Positions 26,267-27,255 of a DNA stretch of 27,255 nt are shown here, piece after piece. Source of the DNA: a virus; the UHGV virus genome UHGV-2078504; one strand, 5' to 3'. The first letter of the stretch is position 1, and each line of letters begins with the position of its first letter. Position numbers and translations under genes: made by a program. The notes beneath the pieces were generated by a model. That model was not told the origin of the DNA. It ran no database searches and saw only the letters and a program-made list of their open reading frames with translations.

Positions 26267-26850
26267 GTTTCAAAAGTGGTGTAACAACGAGGGTTGATAA
26301 CGCTCAGGCCATTCTGGATGCGCTCCGGTCGCTAACCAAAAAGGATGTGCTGGTGGGCATCCCGGAAGAAGACAGCGAGCGTGAGGATGTTCCGTTTGGT
26401 AATGCCGGGATCGGTTACGTCAACGAATACGGCTCACCAGCGCAAAACATCCCCCCACGCCCGCACCTGATCCCCGGCGTTAAATCCGTAGAGGAACAGA
26501 CGGTGCCGCAGCTCAAAGCAGCGGCGCAGGCTGCGCTTGATGGAAATGCGGCGGGTGCGGAAAGAGCGCTTAACCGCGCCGGAACGCTGGCCGCGAATGG
26601 CGTCAGGCGTTACATGACCATTACCGGCTTTACACCGCTTGCTGATAGCACCGTTGAAGCCCGCGCGCGTCGAGGGCGCAAAGGGGCGAAAGCTGAGTTA
26701 GCACGCAGATCGGCAGACGGAAAGCTTAATGCTATCAACCCAGATTCTGGTCAATTGATAAGCAATGAGAATGTAAGGCCGTTGATTGATACCGGACAGT
26801 ACCGCAGAGCCATTACCCATATTGTGAGGGATAAAGATGCCGAATCTTGA
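26263..26850 (+). CDS. Hypothetical phage head-completion/neck protein
   Basis: 195-aa ORF, start overlaps previous stop (ATGA), same-strand structural gene block. Confidence 0.5.
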   Translation: MSFKSGVTTRVDNAQAILDALRSLTKKDVLVGIPEEDSEREDVPFGNAGIGYVNEYGSPAQNIPPRPHLIPGVKSVEEQTVPQLKAAAQAALDGNAAGAERALNRAGTLAANGVRRYMTITGFTPLADSTVEARARRGRKGAKAELARRSADGKLNAINPDSGQLISNENVRPLIDTGQYRRAITHIVRDKDAES

Positions 26851-27226
26851 TGTGACGGACGTACTTTTTGACCCCGATTTTTGCGACTTCAACCTGTGGG
26901 TAACGCGTCGCGCGCAAACGGTGGACGAGGACGGGATCGGCAGCGACAGCGAAGTTAAAACGCAGTTTGCCGGAGTTGTTACCGTTGACCGCTCTCTCGA
27001 AAACCGACGTATGCAGTCCGGCCAGGTTATCAGTGGCGCGATTCTCATCGTGACAACTGAGCGGCTGACGCAGGGGCAGACTGGCCGTGACGCCGATATC
27101 GTGACGTACCAGAACCGTGATTATCGTGTGACATTCGTTGACCCGTACACGGCTTACGGTGCTGGCTTCGTCCAGGCACATTGCGAATTACTGCCGTTTG
27201 ATGGGGGAACTCCCGTTGAGCAATAA
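26837..27226 (+). CDS. Hypothetical phage head-tail joining protein
   Basis: 129-aa ORF overlapping the previous gene by 14 nt in the structural operon. Confidence 0.5.
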   Translation: MPNLDVTDVLFDPDFCDFNLWVTRRAQTVDEDGIGSDSEVKTQFAGVVTVDRSLENRRMQSGQVISGAILIVTTERLTQGQTGRDADIVTYQNRDYRVTFVDPYTAYGAGFVQAHCELLPFDGGTPVEQ

Positions 27227-27255
27227 CACCAGCACAGAGCGCGGCTGGCTGACAC

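Larger units (their letters stand above)
335..27255. mobile_element. Lambdoid-like temperate prophage, left arm (integrase to head/head-tail joining genes); right end beyond window
   Basis: Contiguous integrase, excisionase-like, CI/Cro switch, replication, Q, lysis cassette, terminase and head genes in canonical lambdoid order next to a host housekeeping gene. Confidence 0.85.

Overview
The window is the left part of a lambdoid-architecture temperate prophage inserted immediately upstream of the host ferredoxin gene yfhL in an enterobacterial chromosome. Gene order is: yfhL (host, partial) | tyrosine integrase | AlpA/Xis-like | a leftward replication operon (SNF2 helicase, VRR-NUC nuclease, family-A DNA polymerase, DUF2815-like SSB-like protein, DUF2800-like Cas4-like nuclease, hypothetical proteins) | immunity region (divergent CI-like S24 repressor and Cro-like HTH) | PrimPol/VirE-like primase followed by iteron repeats (putative ori) | Q antiterminator | holin, lambda-R-type endolysin, Rz with embedded Rz1 | terminase small and large subunits | portal, Mu-F-like head morphogenesis protein, DUF2213-like scaffold/protease, major capsid protein | a 15-nt N gap | head-tail joining genes running off the window. 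All annotations rest on motif recognition by eye and recalled family knowledge; no search was run. The best candidates for something undescribed are several strongly AT-rich genes (about 26% G+C on a sampled stretch versus about 57% in a flanking core gene, counted by eye) that lie on the opposite strand inside the otherwise GC-rich replication operon: a membrane protein (3391-4188), a protein with a C-terminal GHKL/histidine-kinase-like ATPase domain (4549-5577), and a second membrane protein (7695-8324). Further morons are a Zn-ribbon/coiled-coil protein beside the repressor (11518-12087) and a small HEAT-repeat-like gene wedged antisense between terS and terL (18785-18997). I regard these as candidate phage-carried defence, exclusion or host-manipulation genes; none matches a system I can name.
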